Shown here: piece after piece, positions 54,272 through 63,043 of the stretch
Layout: each line of letters starts with the position of its first letter
Position numbering within the stretch: the stretch's first letter is position 1
NCBI GenBank assembly: GCA_963836665.1
Contig: CAWIKL010000002.1
Coordinates: 276,878 to 340,877, forward strand
DNA: 64,000 nucleotides
Direction of reading: 5' to 3'
DNA from: an uncultured Acidobacteriota bacterium
GTDB lineage: Bacteria; Acidobacteriota; Vicinamibacteria; Vicinamibacterales; 2-12-FULL-66-21
The notes under the pieces: model-generated
Told to the model about the DNA's origin: nothing
Seen by the model: the letters and a program-made list of their open reading frames with translations, nothing else
Database searches by the model: none
Position numbers and translations under genes: made by a program

Positions 54272-55213
54272 ATGAAGCATCTCCTGTTTGCCTTGTGCCT
54301 GGCGGGCGGCGCACAGCCCGCGCCGGCGATCCAGGGAACCTGGACGTCCAACGCCGACAACTACTGGTCACGCGGGTCGGCCGAACGCTGGATCTCCGTC
54401 CAGCTCCAGCGCGGTGACCGCTCCAACGCCGGAGTCGAAATCGCGGAACGCGACGCGCCGATGCTCAGCGACCGTGCCGCCGACGGGCCGGTGCACTTCA
54501 TGGTGCGGCGCGACGCCGGCACGTTCGACTTCAGCGGCCGCCTCGACGCCGGACACGGCGCCGGCGACTTTCGCTTCTCTATCAACGCCGACTACGTCTC
54601 CGGCATGTCGGCGCTCGGTTACAAGGCGCTGAGCGACACCGACGTCTGGCGGTCGGCGATTCACGACGTCTCTCGCACCTTTGCCCAGGACGTCAAGCAG
54701 CAGGGCGCCCCCGCTCCCGACATCGACACGCTCGTCAAGATGAAAATCCACGGGGTCACACCGGAGTTCATCAAGGCGATGCGCGACCTCGGCTTCACCG
54801 ATCTCTCGGTCGATCGCCTCGTCGAGTTCCGCATCCATGGCGTGACGCCGGAGTTTGTCAAATCGTGGAACGATCTCGGATACAAGAACCTCGCGGCGCA
54901 GGATTACATCCAGATGCGCATCCACGGCGTGACGCCCCAGTTCGTCAAGGAGCTGAGCGACCTCGGCTACAAGAACCTGGCAGTCTCGGATCTAGTCAAG
55001 CTGCGCATCCACGGCGTGACACCCGACTACATCCGGCAGATGCGCGACGCCGGCTATAGCGGGCTGAAGATCGAGAAGCTGGTTGCCTTCCGGATTCACG
55101 GCGTGGATGACGATCTCATCCGCGCCGCGAAAGATCACAATTTGACCAATCTCTCAGCCGACGATCTCATCGACCTGGCTATCCACGGCCGTCGCTGGCT
55201 GCGCAGCCAGTAG
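54272..55213 (+). CDS. secreted repeat protein with five tandem 29-aa IHGVTPEF-type repeats
   Basis: A signal-like N-terminus is followed by an N-domain with [20 protein letters not shown]. Then come (R/K)IHGVTP(E/Q/D)(F/Y)(I/V)K...DLGY(K/T)NL...D units. Confidence 0.6.
   Translation: MKHLLFALCLAGGAQPAPAIQGTWTSNADNYWSRGSAERWISVQLQRGDRSNAGVEIAERDAPMLSDRAADGPVHFMVRRDAGTFDFSGRLDAGHGAGDFRFSINADYVSGMSALGYKALSDTDVWRSAIHDVSRTFAQDVKQQGAPAPDIDTLVKMKIHGVTPEFIKAMRDLGFTDLSVDRLVEFRIHGVTPEFVKSWNDLGYKNLAAQDYIQMRIHGVTPQFVKELSDLGYKNLAVSDLVKLRIHGVTPDYIRQMRDAGYSGLKIEKLVAFRIHGVDDDLIRAAKDHNLTNLSADDLIDLAIHGRRWLRSQ
54746..55189 (+). repeat. 87-nt (29-aa) tandem repeats x5 within CDS 54272-55213
   Basis: Repeat starts fall at residues 159, 188, 217, 246 and 275. 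A degenerate sixth unit is visible upstream (~54581). Confidence 0.8.
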
Positions 55214-55263
55214 TCGTCCCCTTTCCCATCCGGCCCGTCGCGAACGACACGGACGAAGGCCCA

Positions 55264-55380
55264 TCACCAGACGGTGAGTCCGGTGCAGGCGCGCAGCAGC
55301 GCGATCATCAGGGCGGTGACTACGAGCGAGATGAGCGCCGACACGACGCAGCCGAGTTTGCCGGAAAAGAAGACGAACAT
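55264..55380 (-). CDS. possible 38-aa hydrophobic peptide (below the ORF-track length cut-off)
   Basis: MFVFFSGKLGCVVSALISLVVTALMIALLRACTGLTVW. The ATG lies 6 nt after the upstream stop (TAG-AAGGCG-ATG, GAAGG as possible SD). It is not in the ORF track because it is under 60 aa. Confidence 0.35.
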   Translation of the reverse strand: MFVFFSGKLGCVVSALISLVVTALMIALLRACTGLTVW

Positions 55381-55386
55381 CGCCTT

Positions 55387-56655
55387 CTATTGTGTAGCGC
55401 GCCGCGCGGAGAGCGGTACGCGGATGCCAAAATCACGCACGCGTGGCGCCGGCATCGGATTGAGCGAACCGATGCCGTAGATTTCGCCGCCGTCGTCCTT
55501 GCGATTGACGTCCAGACTATAGAGCAGGTAATCCACGCGCGACGCCTTGTAGACGAGCGGACGGCCGCTGAATGGATCGAGCGGAACAACCGACATGAAC
55601 GCCGGGACGAGTGCCGCGAGGCCGGCAGGTGGCTCGCCATTGTGGACTCGGCGGTAGCGCTCGATGGCCAGCTTCGTCAGCGCCAGACGACGGGAAGCGA
55701 GCCTCATGCCGGCAATCGCCGGCGCCGCCGAGAGGGCGGCGATGTTCACTGGCGGCCCGAAGATGACGCGGCCCAGTGACGTCCGCCCGTCACGACGGAT
55801 CTGCGCCTCGGCCAGCGCGCTGAGGATGCCGAGCTTGTCTGGCCAAGGAGCGCGCGACGCCAGCAGCACCTCCGAATATTGCTCGATTTGCACCCGCAGC
55901 GACCGAACGAGGAATGGGTGGAAGACGAAGACAGCAGCCGCCGGTTGGCCGCTGTCCCCCATCGAGTCGCCGCGCGATTCGATCAGGAGTGCCCGTCGCA
56001 GCTGCAGGTCGCGCTCGATCAAGTCGTCGTCGGGTGTCTCGGCGAACGCGCCCTGCAAAGTCTCGAGCGCCCTCCCGGATGGCGACGAATGACGCAGCAG
56101 GATGCGCAGGCTGCCGATCTGACGGACGGCAATGACGTTGACGTAGAACAGTTCGCGCAGTGTGCGCTGCACGCGCACGGCCGCCGCGAGCGACGCGGCC
56201 GCGGCGTCGCCATCGCCGCGATAGGCGAGCAGGTCGGCGCGCAGGCAGGCCAGCGCGCGCAGGGACTGCAGCCCCTGCGCACTTGACCACTCGGGACCGT
56301 CGATCGCCTCGCCGAAGCCGGCAAACGGCAGTGGCGCGGCGCGGTCGAGCAGCTGCAGCGCCGGCGCGTCCTTGCGGAAGGTGCTCTCAATCTCGGCGAC
56401 GTTGACGCGGCCGGGCGCGCCGTCGACATCGGTGCGCGTCAGCTTGCCGTCCTGCTGCGTCATCTCGCGCGCACGCTGCGCTGCTTCCGCATACAGGCGC
56501 GCCGCCTCCTCGTGCTGCGGTGTCGGCGGCGGCTGTTCGCGCTCCGACAAGTCGATTGGTTCACCCCGCGCAGCGATGGCCGCGACGGCCGACACCAGCC
56601 AATGCGCCTCGACGCGATCCCATGCCACATAGCCGGCGAGCCCGGCGACCGACAC
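55387..56655 (-). CDS. hypothetical protein (N-terminal TM anchor, helical body)
   Basis: 422-aa ORF. The C-terminus PLDPFSGRPLVYK...YLLYSLDVNRKDDGG resembles motifs seen in pseudopilin-like or unknown Planctomycete/Acidobacteria proteins. The true start may be slightly upstream (CTG). Confidence 0.5.
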   Translation of the reverse strand: MSVAGLAGYVAWDRVEAHWLVSAVAAIAARGEPIDLSEREQPPPTPQHEEAARLYAEAAQRAREMTQQDGKLTRTDVDGAPGRVNVAEIESTFRKDAPALQLLDRAAPLPFAGFGEAIDGPEWSSAQGLQSLRALACLRADLLAYRGDGDAAAASLAAAVRVQRTLRELFYVNVIAVRQIGSLRILLRHSSPSGRALETLQGAFAETPDDDLIERDLQLRRALLIESRGDSMGDSGQPAAAVFVFHPFLVRSLRVQIEQYSEVLLASRAPWPDKLGILSALAEAQIRRDGRTSLGRVIFGPPVNIAALSAAPAIAGMRLASRRLALTKLAIERYRRVHNGEPPAGLAALVPAFMSVVPLDPFSGRPLVYKASRVDYLLYSLDVNRKDDGGEIYGIGSLNPMPAPRVRDFGIRVPLSARRATQ

Positions 56656-56712
56656 CGCCAGCGTGACGCGTAGCGCGTTGTTCAGGTTCGCACCTCTTAC
56701 CTCGCTCCCCCC

Positions 56713-57186
56713 TCAGCGGATCTGCTGCAGTTGCTTGAGATGGTGGATGTCGTGCCCTGCGAGCTGCTCCGCTATCCAGAACGGCGTCAGATCGCCGTAC
56801 TCGGGGTGGCTGAATGTGTGTTTTCGCTGCGCCGGAGCCAGCCCCTTGAACAGCGCGACGTTCAATCGACGCAGGGCGAGATACGCCGCGAGCGCGGTCG
56901 GCCCGTCCACGTGGTCGTCAAGCGCCAGCCAGGCGTCCTGGTCAAACGCCTGAGCGACGTAGCCGTCCTGGCTCGCCGCGAAGCGGACCCGCGTGGTCAG
57001 CGCCAGCTCGGTCTGTGCCAGGTGCACTGCGACGCGCCGCGCGCTCCACTTGCCAGGCGCATAGCTCTTCTCCCACTGGCGCTTCGTCCACTTCGAGGTG
57101 AGCCGCTCGATCTTCTTCGGGGTTTCCGCGAGCGCCTTCAGGGCATCCGTCTTTCCCAGGGCCTCGGCATACGGATTCTTCTGCAT
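56713..57186 (-). CDS. DinB-family protein
   Basis: MQKNPYAEALGKTDALKALAETPKKIERL...WSARRVAVHLAQTELA...FWIAEQLAGHDIHHLKQLQQI carries the His-triad-type DinB_2 pattern. The track ORF extends to 57288. Confidence 0.75.
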   Translation of the reverse strand: MQKNPYAEALGKTDALKALAETPKKIERLTSKWTKRQWEKSYAPGKWSARRVAVHLAQTELALTTRVRFAASQDGYVAQAFDQDAWLALDDHVDGPTALAAYLALRRLNVALFKGLAPAQRKHTFSHPEYGDLTPFWIAEQLAGHDIHHLKQLQQIR

Positions 57187-57344
57187 GCCGCGACACTGTA
57201 CACGATTGGGTGCTGCGCCTGACCACCCCAGCGCTGGCCGAGTTAGCTTCGGCGACGCTGCAACGGGTGTACCCTGAGGAACAAACAACCCCCGCGGCGC
57301 GTCTAGGTAATCGCCAGCCGCGCCCGCCTTCCCGGAGACCGCCC

Positions 57345-58354
57345 GTGCGCCTCTTCACCATGTTGCTCGCGATCTTCCTGCAGTCGGTGCCCAAGCCGAT
57401 CACCGATCTCGACCGCTTTATGGCGCAGGCGCTGCAACGGCGCGACGTCGACCGCCAGACGCTGGGCGACTACGTTCTCGACGAAGTGGAAGTCTTCGAC
57501 GTGATCGGACCCGGGCGTGTGCCGCTCGCGCGAATGCGCCGCGAGTACACGTGGTTCGTGCAGGACGGCATCCACGTGCGCAGCCCGCTGAAGGTCGACG
57601 GGGTGCCGGTCCCCGAGAGCGATCGCCGGGCTTACGAGCAGCACTGGATTCAGAGCGAGCAGCACCGGCGCGAGGACCCGGACGAAGCGCGACCAGAGGC
57701 GGGCCGCGGAAGGCAAGGGGCCGGCGACAGGGGTACCACCGGTCAACGAGCCGCGCTTCATCTCTGAGTCCTACTTCATGGACTTCCGCTTCGAGCCGGG
57801 TAACTACTACCTCGCCGGCAAGGAAACCTTCGACGGCCACGAAGTCCTCAAGGTCGATTACTTGCCAACGAAGCTGTTCGACGATCAGCGGTCCGAGCTC
57901 GACAAGGAAGCAGAAAGCACGAAAGACACGACGGAGACGCAGGACGCGAAAGAGATCGCGGAGGCGAAGGAGAAGCCCAAAAGCGCGGCCCAGCAGGAGC
58001 GCGAGCGCAAACAGAAGGCGCGCGAACAGAAGCTCGACGAGCAGATCAACTACAAGATGGACAAGACGTCGCAGGTCACGCTGTGGGTCGATCCGGCGAC
58101 GCACCAGATCGTCAAATACACATTCGACAACGTGTGGATGGACTTCCTGCCGGCGGGCTGGCTGGTCAAGGTCGACGACATCAAGGCGCAGATGGAGATG
58201 GGCCAGCCGTTCGTCGGTGTCTGGCTGCCGAAGAACATCAACATTCACGCCGGCCTGACCGCGGCGATCGGCTCGCTCGAGTTCCAGGTACTCGCGCGAG
58301 TTTTCCAACTACCGCAAGGCCGACGTCACCTCGAAGATCGGGGTGCCGAAGTGA
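57345..58354 (+). pseudogene. LolA-fold-like (outer-membrane lipoprotein-sorting-like) protein, tentatively two frame breaks
   Basis: Frame 3 (…YTWFVQDGIHVRSPLKVDG…YEQHWIQSEQ) passes to frame 1 (…PPVNEPRFISESYFMDFRFEPGNYYLAGKE…TLWVDPATHQIVKYTF…GSLEFQ) near 57688. It then passes to frame 2 at 58288 (YSREFSNYRKADVTSKIGVPK-stop at 58352-58354). The family call is tentative. Confidence 0.45.
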
Positions 58355-59621
58355 TCGCAGCGCTTCTCCTGGTCCTGCTCCCCGGAGCGATCGTGTCCGG
58401 CGAACCAGCGAGTGTGGGCCGGCAGGCCAGTCCCGAGCGCGTCGCCGAGATCCGCGTCCACGGCAACGCCACGCTCTCGGACGATGCGGTGATCGCGCTC
58501 GCGGGTGTGGCGCCGGGCGCAATGGTCGACCAAACAGGCCTCGACGCCATCGAGAAGCGGCTGCGCGACAGCGGCCGCTTCGACGAGGTTCAGGTGCGCA
58601 AGCGTTATCGCACGCTCGAGATGGACGAGATCGCGCTCGTCCTGTTGGTGCACGAAAAACCCGGCCTTAGTGCCACCGGCCAGCCGCCGAGCCCGGTGCG
58701 GCGGCTGCGCTCGAAGCTGATGTTCTTCCCCATCATCGACTACGAGGACGGTTACGGCTGGACCTACGGCGGCCGTACCAGCATCGTCAACGTCTTCGGC
58801 AAGGGGACTCACGTCATGGTCCCGCTCTCGTGGGGCGGCAGCCGCAACGCGCAGGTAGACGTCGACCACACGTTCAAGACCGGGCCATTGACGCGCGTGA
58901 CCGGTTCGTACGGCATCCTGCAGCGCGAGAACCCGGCCTTCGAGGTTGACGACCGCCGCACCAGTCTGCGCGGCCGCGTCGAGCGGCGGCTCTTCGACCT
59001 GGTGACGGTCGGCGGCGAGATGGCGCGGACCGACATCACCTACGGCGAGGAACGCGATCGCGTCTGGACCGGGGCGGCGGATGCCACCCTGGACACGCAG
59101 CGCGATCCGTCCTACCCGGTCGACGCCGTCCTCGCCATCGCCGCGTGGAACCGCCTCAATCCGGTCGGCACGGCGAGCTTCGGCACGAGCGGCATCGATC
59201 GCTACTCCCTCGACGCGCGCGGCTACAAGCGGGTCTTCCGCCAGAACGTCGTCGCGGTCCGCGCCCACTACGACACCGCCTCAGCGCCGCTCCCCCCTAC
59301 GATCAGTGGCTGCTCGGCGGCACGTCGGTGCGCGGCCTCGACGCCGGCACGCTCGCCGGCGACAAGCGGTTCTTGTGGTCGGCCGAGCTGCGCGTGCCGT
59401 TCACCGCGCCACTCGATGCCGGCCGGCTCGGCGTTAACGCCTTCATCGACGGCGGCACGACGGCCGCCCATGACCAGGCGCTCGCGGATCAAAAGGAGCT
59501 GCGCAGCGCCGGTGCCGGTTTCTGGCTGTCGATCGCCATCTTCCGTCTGAACTTCGACGTCGCCCACTCGCTCGACGGCTACGGCACGCGGTTCCACTTC
59601 GGCACCGGCTTCAGTTTCTGA
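58351..59621 (+). pseudogene. BamA/TamA-family (surface antigen D15) outer-membrane protein with one POTRA-like domain, -1 break in a C6 run
   Basis: The GTG start overlaps the upstream stop (GTGA). VAEIRVHGNATLSDDAVIALAGV...IEKRLRDSGRFDEV is POTRA-like. The barrel continues in frame 3 after 59292-59297 (CCCCCC): ...APLPP/YDQWLLGGTSVRGLDAGTLAGDKRFLWSAELRVPF...FHFGTGFSF. Confidence 0.65.
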
Positions 59622-59631
59622 CGGAGAGCAT

Positions 59632-59708
59632 CACAGGAAACCAGGACCTTCGGGGTTCCAAGCAGCTCGAACCAACTGGATCTAGGCTTAGTCCCCTGTC
59701 GTCCTGTG
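59632..59708. repeat. imperfect hairpin with CAGGA-type arms enclosing a UUCG-loop hairpin
   Basis: cacaggaaaccaggac (59632-59647) pairs with gtcccctgtcgtcctgtg (59691-59708). The inner hairpin is GGACC-TTCG-GGGTTCC. It lies between the BamA-like and MFS genes. Confidence 0.45.
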
Positions 59709-59739
59709 AAATTTTCGTCTGCGATATGCTGCTCGGCGC

Positions 59740-60981
59740 ATGTCCGATGCCGCCAATCAGCGCAACGCCGTCCTCGCCGGTTTTCTCGGCTGGACGCTCG
59801 ACGCGTTCGACTTCTTCATTCTCACGCTGGTCATCGAGGATCTCGCGCACGCGTTCTTCCCCGGCCTGCCGCTCGAAGCGGCGCGGCCGCGCGTCGCGCT
59901 GGCCATCACGCTGACGCTGGCCATGCGCCCGATCGGCGCGGTCGTCTTCGGACTGATGGCGGACCGTTACGGGCGGCGCCTGCCGCTGATGCTAAACGTG
60001 CTGTTCTACGCGGTGGTCTCGGTGATGTGCGGCTTCGCGCAGTCATACTGGCAGTTCATCGCGCTGCGCATGCTGTTCGGCATCGGCATGGGCGGCGAAT
60101 GGGGCGTCGGCGCCTCGCTCGCGCTCGAACATGCCTCGCCGCGCATCCGCGGGCTCCTCTCCGGGCTGCTGCAGGAAGGCTACGCCATCGGCAACCTGCT
60201 CGCGGCACTGGCCTTTCGCACCGTCTACCCATGGGCTGCCGCGCACTATCCCGGCAACGCCTGGCGCGTCATGTTCTTCCTCGGCGGGTTGCCGGCGCTG
60301 CTCTCGCTCTTCATCCGCATGCGCGTCAGGGAATCGGAGGCGTGGCACGAGAACCGCACCGACTGGACAGAATACAAGCGGGTCGTCTTCGCCAATGGAC
60401 GCCGCTTCTTGTATCTCGTCCTGCTCATGACGGTCATGAACTTCATGTCGCACGGGACGCAGGACATGTATCCGACGCTGCTGGGCACGTTCGGTTACGG
60501 GAAGGCGCGCATCGCTGACATCACGATCTTCTCGATGATCGGCGCCGTGCTTGGCGGACTGGCCTTCGGCTACTACTCCGACCGCGGCGGCCGGCGGCGC
60601 GCGATGATCACCGCCTCGACGCTCGGACTGATGGTCCTGCCGATGTGGCTGGCCGGGCTCAGCCCGCTCGCTATGATCGCGGGCGTGTTCCTCATGCAGT
60701 TTTTCGTGCAGGGCGCGTGGGGTGTCATCCCGGCGCACATCAACGAGCTGTCGCCCGGGGCGGCGCGCGGCTTTTTTCCCGGCTTCGCTTACCAGCTCGG
60801 GGTCATGTGCGCGTCCTCGATCCCGTACATCGAGTCGTGGCTCGGAGAGATGTTCACCTACAAGCAGGCGATGGGTGGACTGATGATCGCGGTCTTCTTC
60901 GGTGCAATCCTCGTCATCTGGCGCGGGCCGGAAGCGAGAGGTGTGAGCTTCAGGAAACCGGTCGAGGAGACGTCCCCATGA
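59740..60981 (+). CDS. MFS transporter
   Basis: 413 aa with 12 TM-type segments. The N-terminus is AVLAGFLGWTLDAFDFFILTLVI, and the MFS motif-A-like sequence is GLMADRYGRRLPL. Confidence 0.88.
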   Translation: MSDAANQRNAVLAGFLGWTLDAFDFFILTLVIEDLAHAFFPGLPLEAARPRVALAITLTLAMRPIGAVVFGLMADRYGRRLPLMLNVLFYAVVSVMCGFAQSYWQFIALRMLFGIGMGGEWGVGASLALEHASPRIRGLLSGLLQEGYAIGNLLAALAFRTVYPWAAAHYPGNAWRVMFFLGGLPALLSLFIRMRVRESEAWHENRTDWTEYKRVVFANGRRFLYLVLLMTVMNFMSHGTQDMYPTLLGTFGYGKARIADITIFSMIGAVLGGLAFGYYSDRGGRRRAMITASTLGLMVLPMWLAGLSPLAMIAGVFLMQFFVQGAWGVIPAHINELSPGAARGFFPGFAYQLGVMCASSIPYIESWLGEMFTYKQAMGGLMIAVFFGAILVIWRGPEARGVSFRKPVEETSP

Positions 60982-61898
60982 AACCACTCGGCGCCTTCGT
61001 CCTCGTCGTTTCGCTGGCCGCCGTCCAGCCAGCGCCGTCGCCGCCGCCGATCATCGGGCGATGGGACCTGACGGTGCGCGGGGCGCGCGGCGACGGCGCC
61101 GCGTGGCTGGAGGTGCGCCACTCCGGCATCAACACGCTCGTCGGGCAGTTCGTGGCCACTTCGGGCAGCGCCCGGCCGATCTCACGCGTCGACTTCAAGG
61201 ACGGCGAGCTGCGCTTCGCGATCCCAACGCAATGGGAACGCGCTGCCGGCGACGTCGTGGTGGCAGGCCGGCTCGACGCCGACATGCTGAAGGGCACGAT
61301 CACGGTTGCCGGCGGCATGCCGATCGAATGGTCCGGTGTCCGCGCGCCGGCGCTCCGGCGCGCGGCGCCGCCGCAGTGGGGGACGCCGGTGCGGCTGCTC
61401 AACGGCCGTGACCTCACCGGCTGGCATGCGATCGGCGGCAGCGAGTGGGAGATCGCCGGCGGCGTGCTGCACAACCGCAAATCCGGCGGCAATCTCGTCA
61501 CCGACCGCACATTCGACGACTTCACGCTCCACGCGGAGTTCCGCTATCCGAAGGACAGCAACAGCGGCATCTACCTCCGCGGGCGCTACGAAGTGCAGAT
61601 CATCGACCTCGACGAGGATCCAACCGCGGTGGGCGCCCTCGGCGCGGTGTACGGATTCCTCGCGCCGAATCGGGCCGCCGGACGGCGAGCCGGCGAGTGG
61701 CAGACCGTCGACGTCATGCTCGTCGGGCGGACCGTGACCGTCGCGCTCAACGGCCGGAGGATCATCTGCGAGGCGGAGATTCCCGGCGTGACCGGGGGCG
61801 CGCTCGACAGCCGCGAAGCAGAGCCGGGCCCACTGCTGCTCCAAGGCGACCACGGACCCGTGGACTTCCGCAACCTGCTCGTCACGCCGGCGAGGTGA
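60978..61898 (+). CDS. DUF1080 (3-keto-disaccharide hydrolase-like) domain protein
   Basis: The ATGA start overlaps the MFS stop and a signal peptide follows. The C-terminal half reads LLNGRDLTGWHAIGGSEWEIAGGVLHN...FTLHAEFRYPKDSNSGIYLRGRYEVQIID...LLLQGDHGPVDFRNLLV. Confidence 0.85.
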   Translation: MKPLGAFVLVVSLAAVQPAPSPPPIIGRWDLTVRGARGDGAAWLEVRHSGINTLVGQFVATSGSARPISRVDFKDGELRFAIPTQWERAAGDVVVAGRLDADMLKGTITVAGGMPIEWSGVRAPALRRAAPPQWGTPVRLLNGRDLTGWHAIGGSEWEIAGGVLHNRKSGGNLVTDRTFDDFTLHAEFRYPKDSNSGIYLRGRYEVQIIDLDEDPTAVGALGAVYGFLAPNRAAGRRAGEWQTVDVMLVGRTVTVALNGRRIICEAEIPGVTGGALDSREAEPGPLLLQGDHGPVDFRNLLVTPAR

Positions 61899-61933
61899 GC
61901 CGCGTGATCGATCGTCAATCCGAGCTGCTGGCA

Positions 61934-61980
61934 TACTCACCTGCAAGCAGGCGATGGGCAGCCTGATGGCCGCCGGCTAG
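61934..61980 (+). pseudogene. relic copy of the MFS gene 3' region (…TCKQAMGSLMAAG-stop)
   Basis: 61937-61958 tcacctgcaagcaggcgatggg matches 60854-60875 tcacctacaagcaggcgatggg at 21/22. About 34/44 positions are identical over 61934-61977 vs 60851-60894. The fragment is in frame with a TAG at 61978-61980. Confidence 0.6.
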
Positions 61981-62399
61981 CCGCGAACCCTGGGCGCCGA
62001 CGGGACGATCAGGATACGCGCGCGCATTCGCCACAGGCTGACAAAGTACGCGATCCAGCAGACGCCCGCCATTGACGCGACGACGATGAAGTTTCTCGGG
62101 GACACGTCCCACGACGTGTCGGCGACAATGCGGCCGAAGGCCATCATGCTCAGCATCATCGCAACGAACAAAAGCCCGGGCAGCCCACGGAGCCGCCGGC
62201 GCGTCGAGGCCAGCGCCCGGGCCTGATGATCGGGCGAAAGCGCTGCCGCGACGGGCAACGCCGGTTCGTGCCGCAAGTGCTGCGCCAGCTCCGAATCACC
62301 ACGCAGGAACTCCTCGACCAGTGCGCGGGTATCGGCGCTGGCCTCGCCCGACGCGTAAACCTCCCAGAGGTCGACGATGACAGACCTCGTGATCTTCAT
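61977..62399 (-). CDS. putative anti-sigma factor (N-terminal anti-sigma-like helix bundle without Zn ligands, two TM segments)
   Basis: MKITRSVIVDLWEVYASGEASADTRALVEEFLRGDSELAQHL..., then LPGLLFVAMMLSMMAFG and FIVVASMAGVCWIAYFV. The ATGA start overlaps the sigma gene stop. Confidence 0.6.
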   Translation of the reverse strand: MKITRSVIVDLWEVYASGEASADTRALVEEFLRGDSELAQHLRHEPALPVAAALSPDHQARALASTRRRLRGLPGLLFVAMMLSMMAFGRIVADTSWDVSPRNFIVVASMAGVCWIAYFVSLWRMRARILIVPSAPRVRG

Positions 62400-62890
62400 G
62401 ACTGCTCCCTTGCGCATCGCGCGGCGTTGAGCTTCACGCGCGCCCGGTGCACGCGGACTTTCACCGCCGCGGGCGTGATACCGAACACGACCGCGATCGC
62501 GTCGTAGGCGACGCCGCCGACCGTGGCCATCAGCAGAACTGAGCGCTCAGTCTCGGGCAGGGCGCGGAGCGCGATGACGACCGCGTCCAGTTCCCTGCGG
62601 GTGACCAACGCGGATTCCGGGTCTGGCGCCGTGTCGGTCAGCGCCCACGCTCCGTCGAGTGGCACCTCGGGCCGCCGGCGCAGTAGGTCCCGGTACAGAT
62701 TGCGGGTGATCATCAGGAGGTAGGCCTTTACCGTGCCGACGCCAATGCGGTCCCAGGCCACCCAGGCACGCGAGAATGTCTCCGCCGCCAGATCCTCCGC
62801 AAGGGACTTGTTCCCCGAAAGGTAAAGCGCGAATCGGTAGACCTCCTGGGCATATTGCTCGTAGATCGCCGCAAACGTCACGTCGCCCAT
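62396..62890 (-). CDS. ECF RNA polymerase sigma factor
   Basis: 164 aa. Region 2 reads YAQEVYRFALYLSGNKSLAEDLAAETFSRAW. Region 4 reads LPETERSVLLMATVGGVAYDAIAVVFGITPAAVKVRVHRAR. Confidence 0.88.
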   Translation of the reverse strand: MGDVTFAAIYEQYAQEVYRFALYLSGNKSLAEDLAAETFSRAWVAWDRIGVGTVKAYLLMITRNLYRDLLRRRPEVPLDGAWALTDTAPDPESALVTRRELDAVVIALRALPETERSVLLMATVGGVAYDAIAVVFGITPAAVKVRVHRARVKLNAARCAREQS

Positions 62891-63043
62891 TCAGGAGACA
62901 ATACGTCGCAAGGGGGGCGTGGTTACTGGGCTGCGTGGATCCGGACCCGCGGGTCCGGTCTCGTCATCTGCGCGTATGCAGCAGGACGTGCGTCGCCTTT
63001 AGCAGTCACGCCGGCGACTGTGGATTCGAACGCCTCGCGCGGC

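Noticed and set aside
56656-56715. The DinB-family gene and the downstream 422-aa gene are in the same frame, separated by a single TGA: possible read-through or selenocysteine.
   Set aside because: The intervening 19 codons carry a Shine-Dalgarno-like AAGAGGTG. The downstream protein begins with its own TM anchor, and no SECIS-like hairpin is evident. Two separate genes is the simpler reading.
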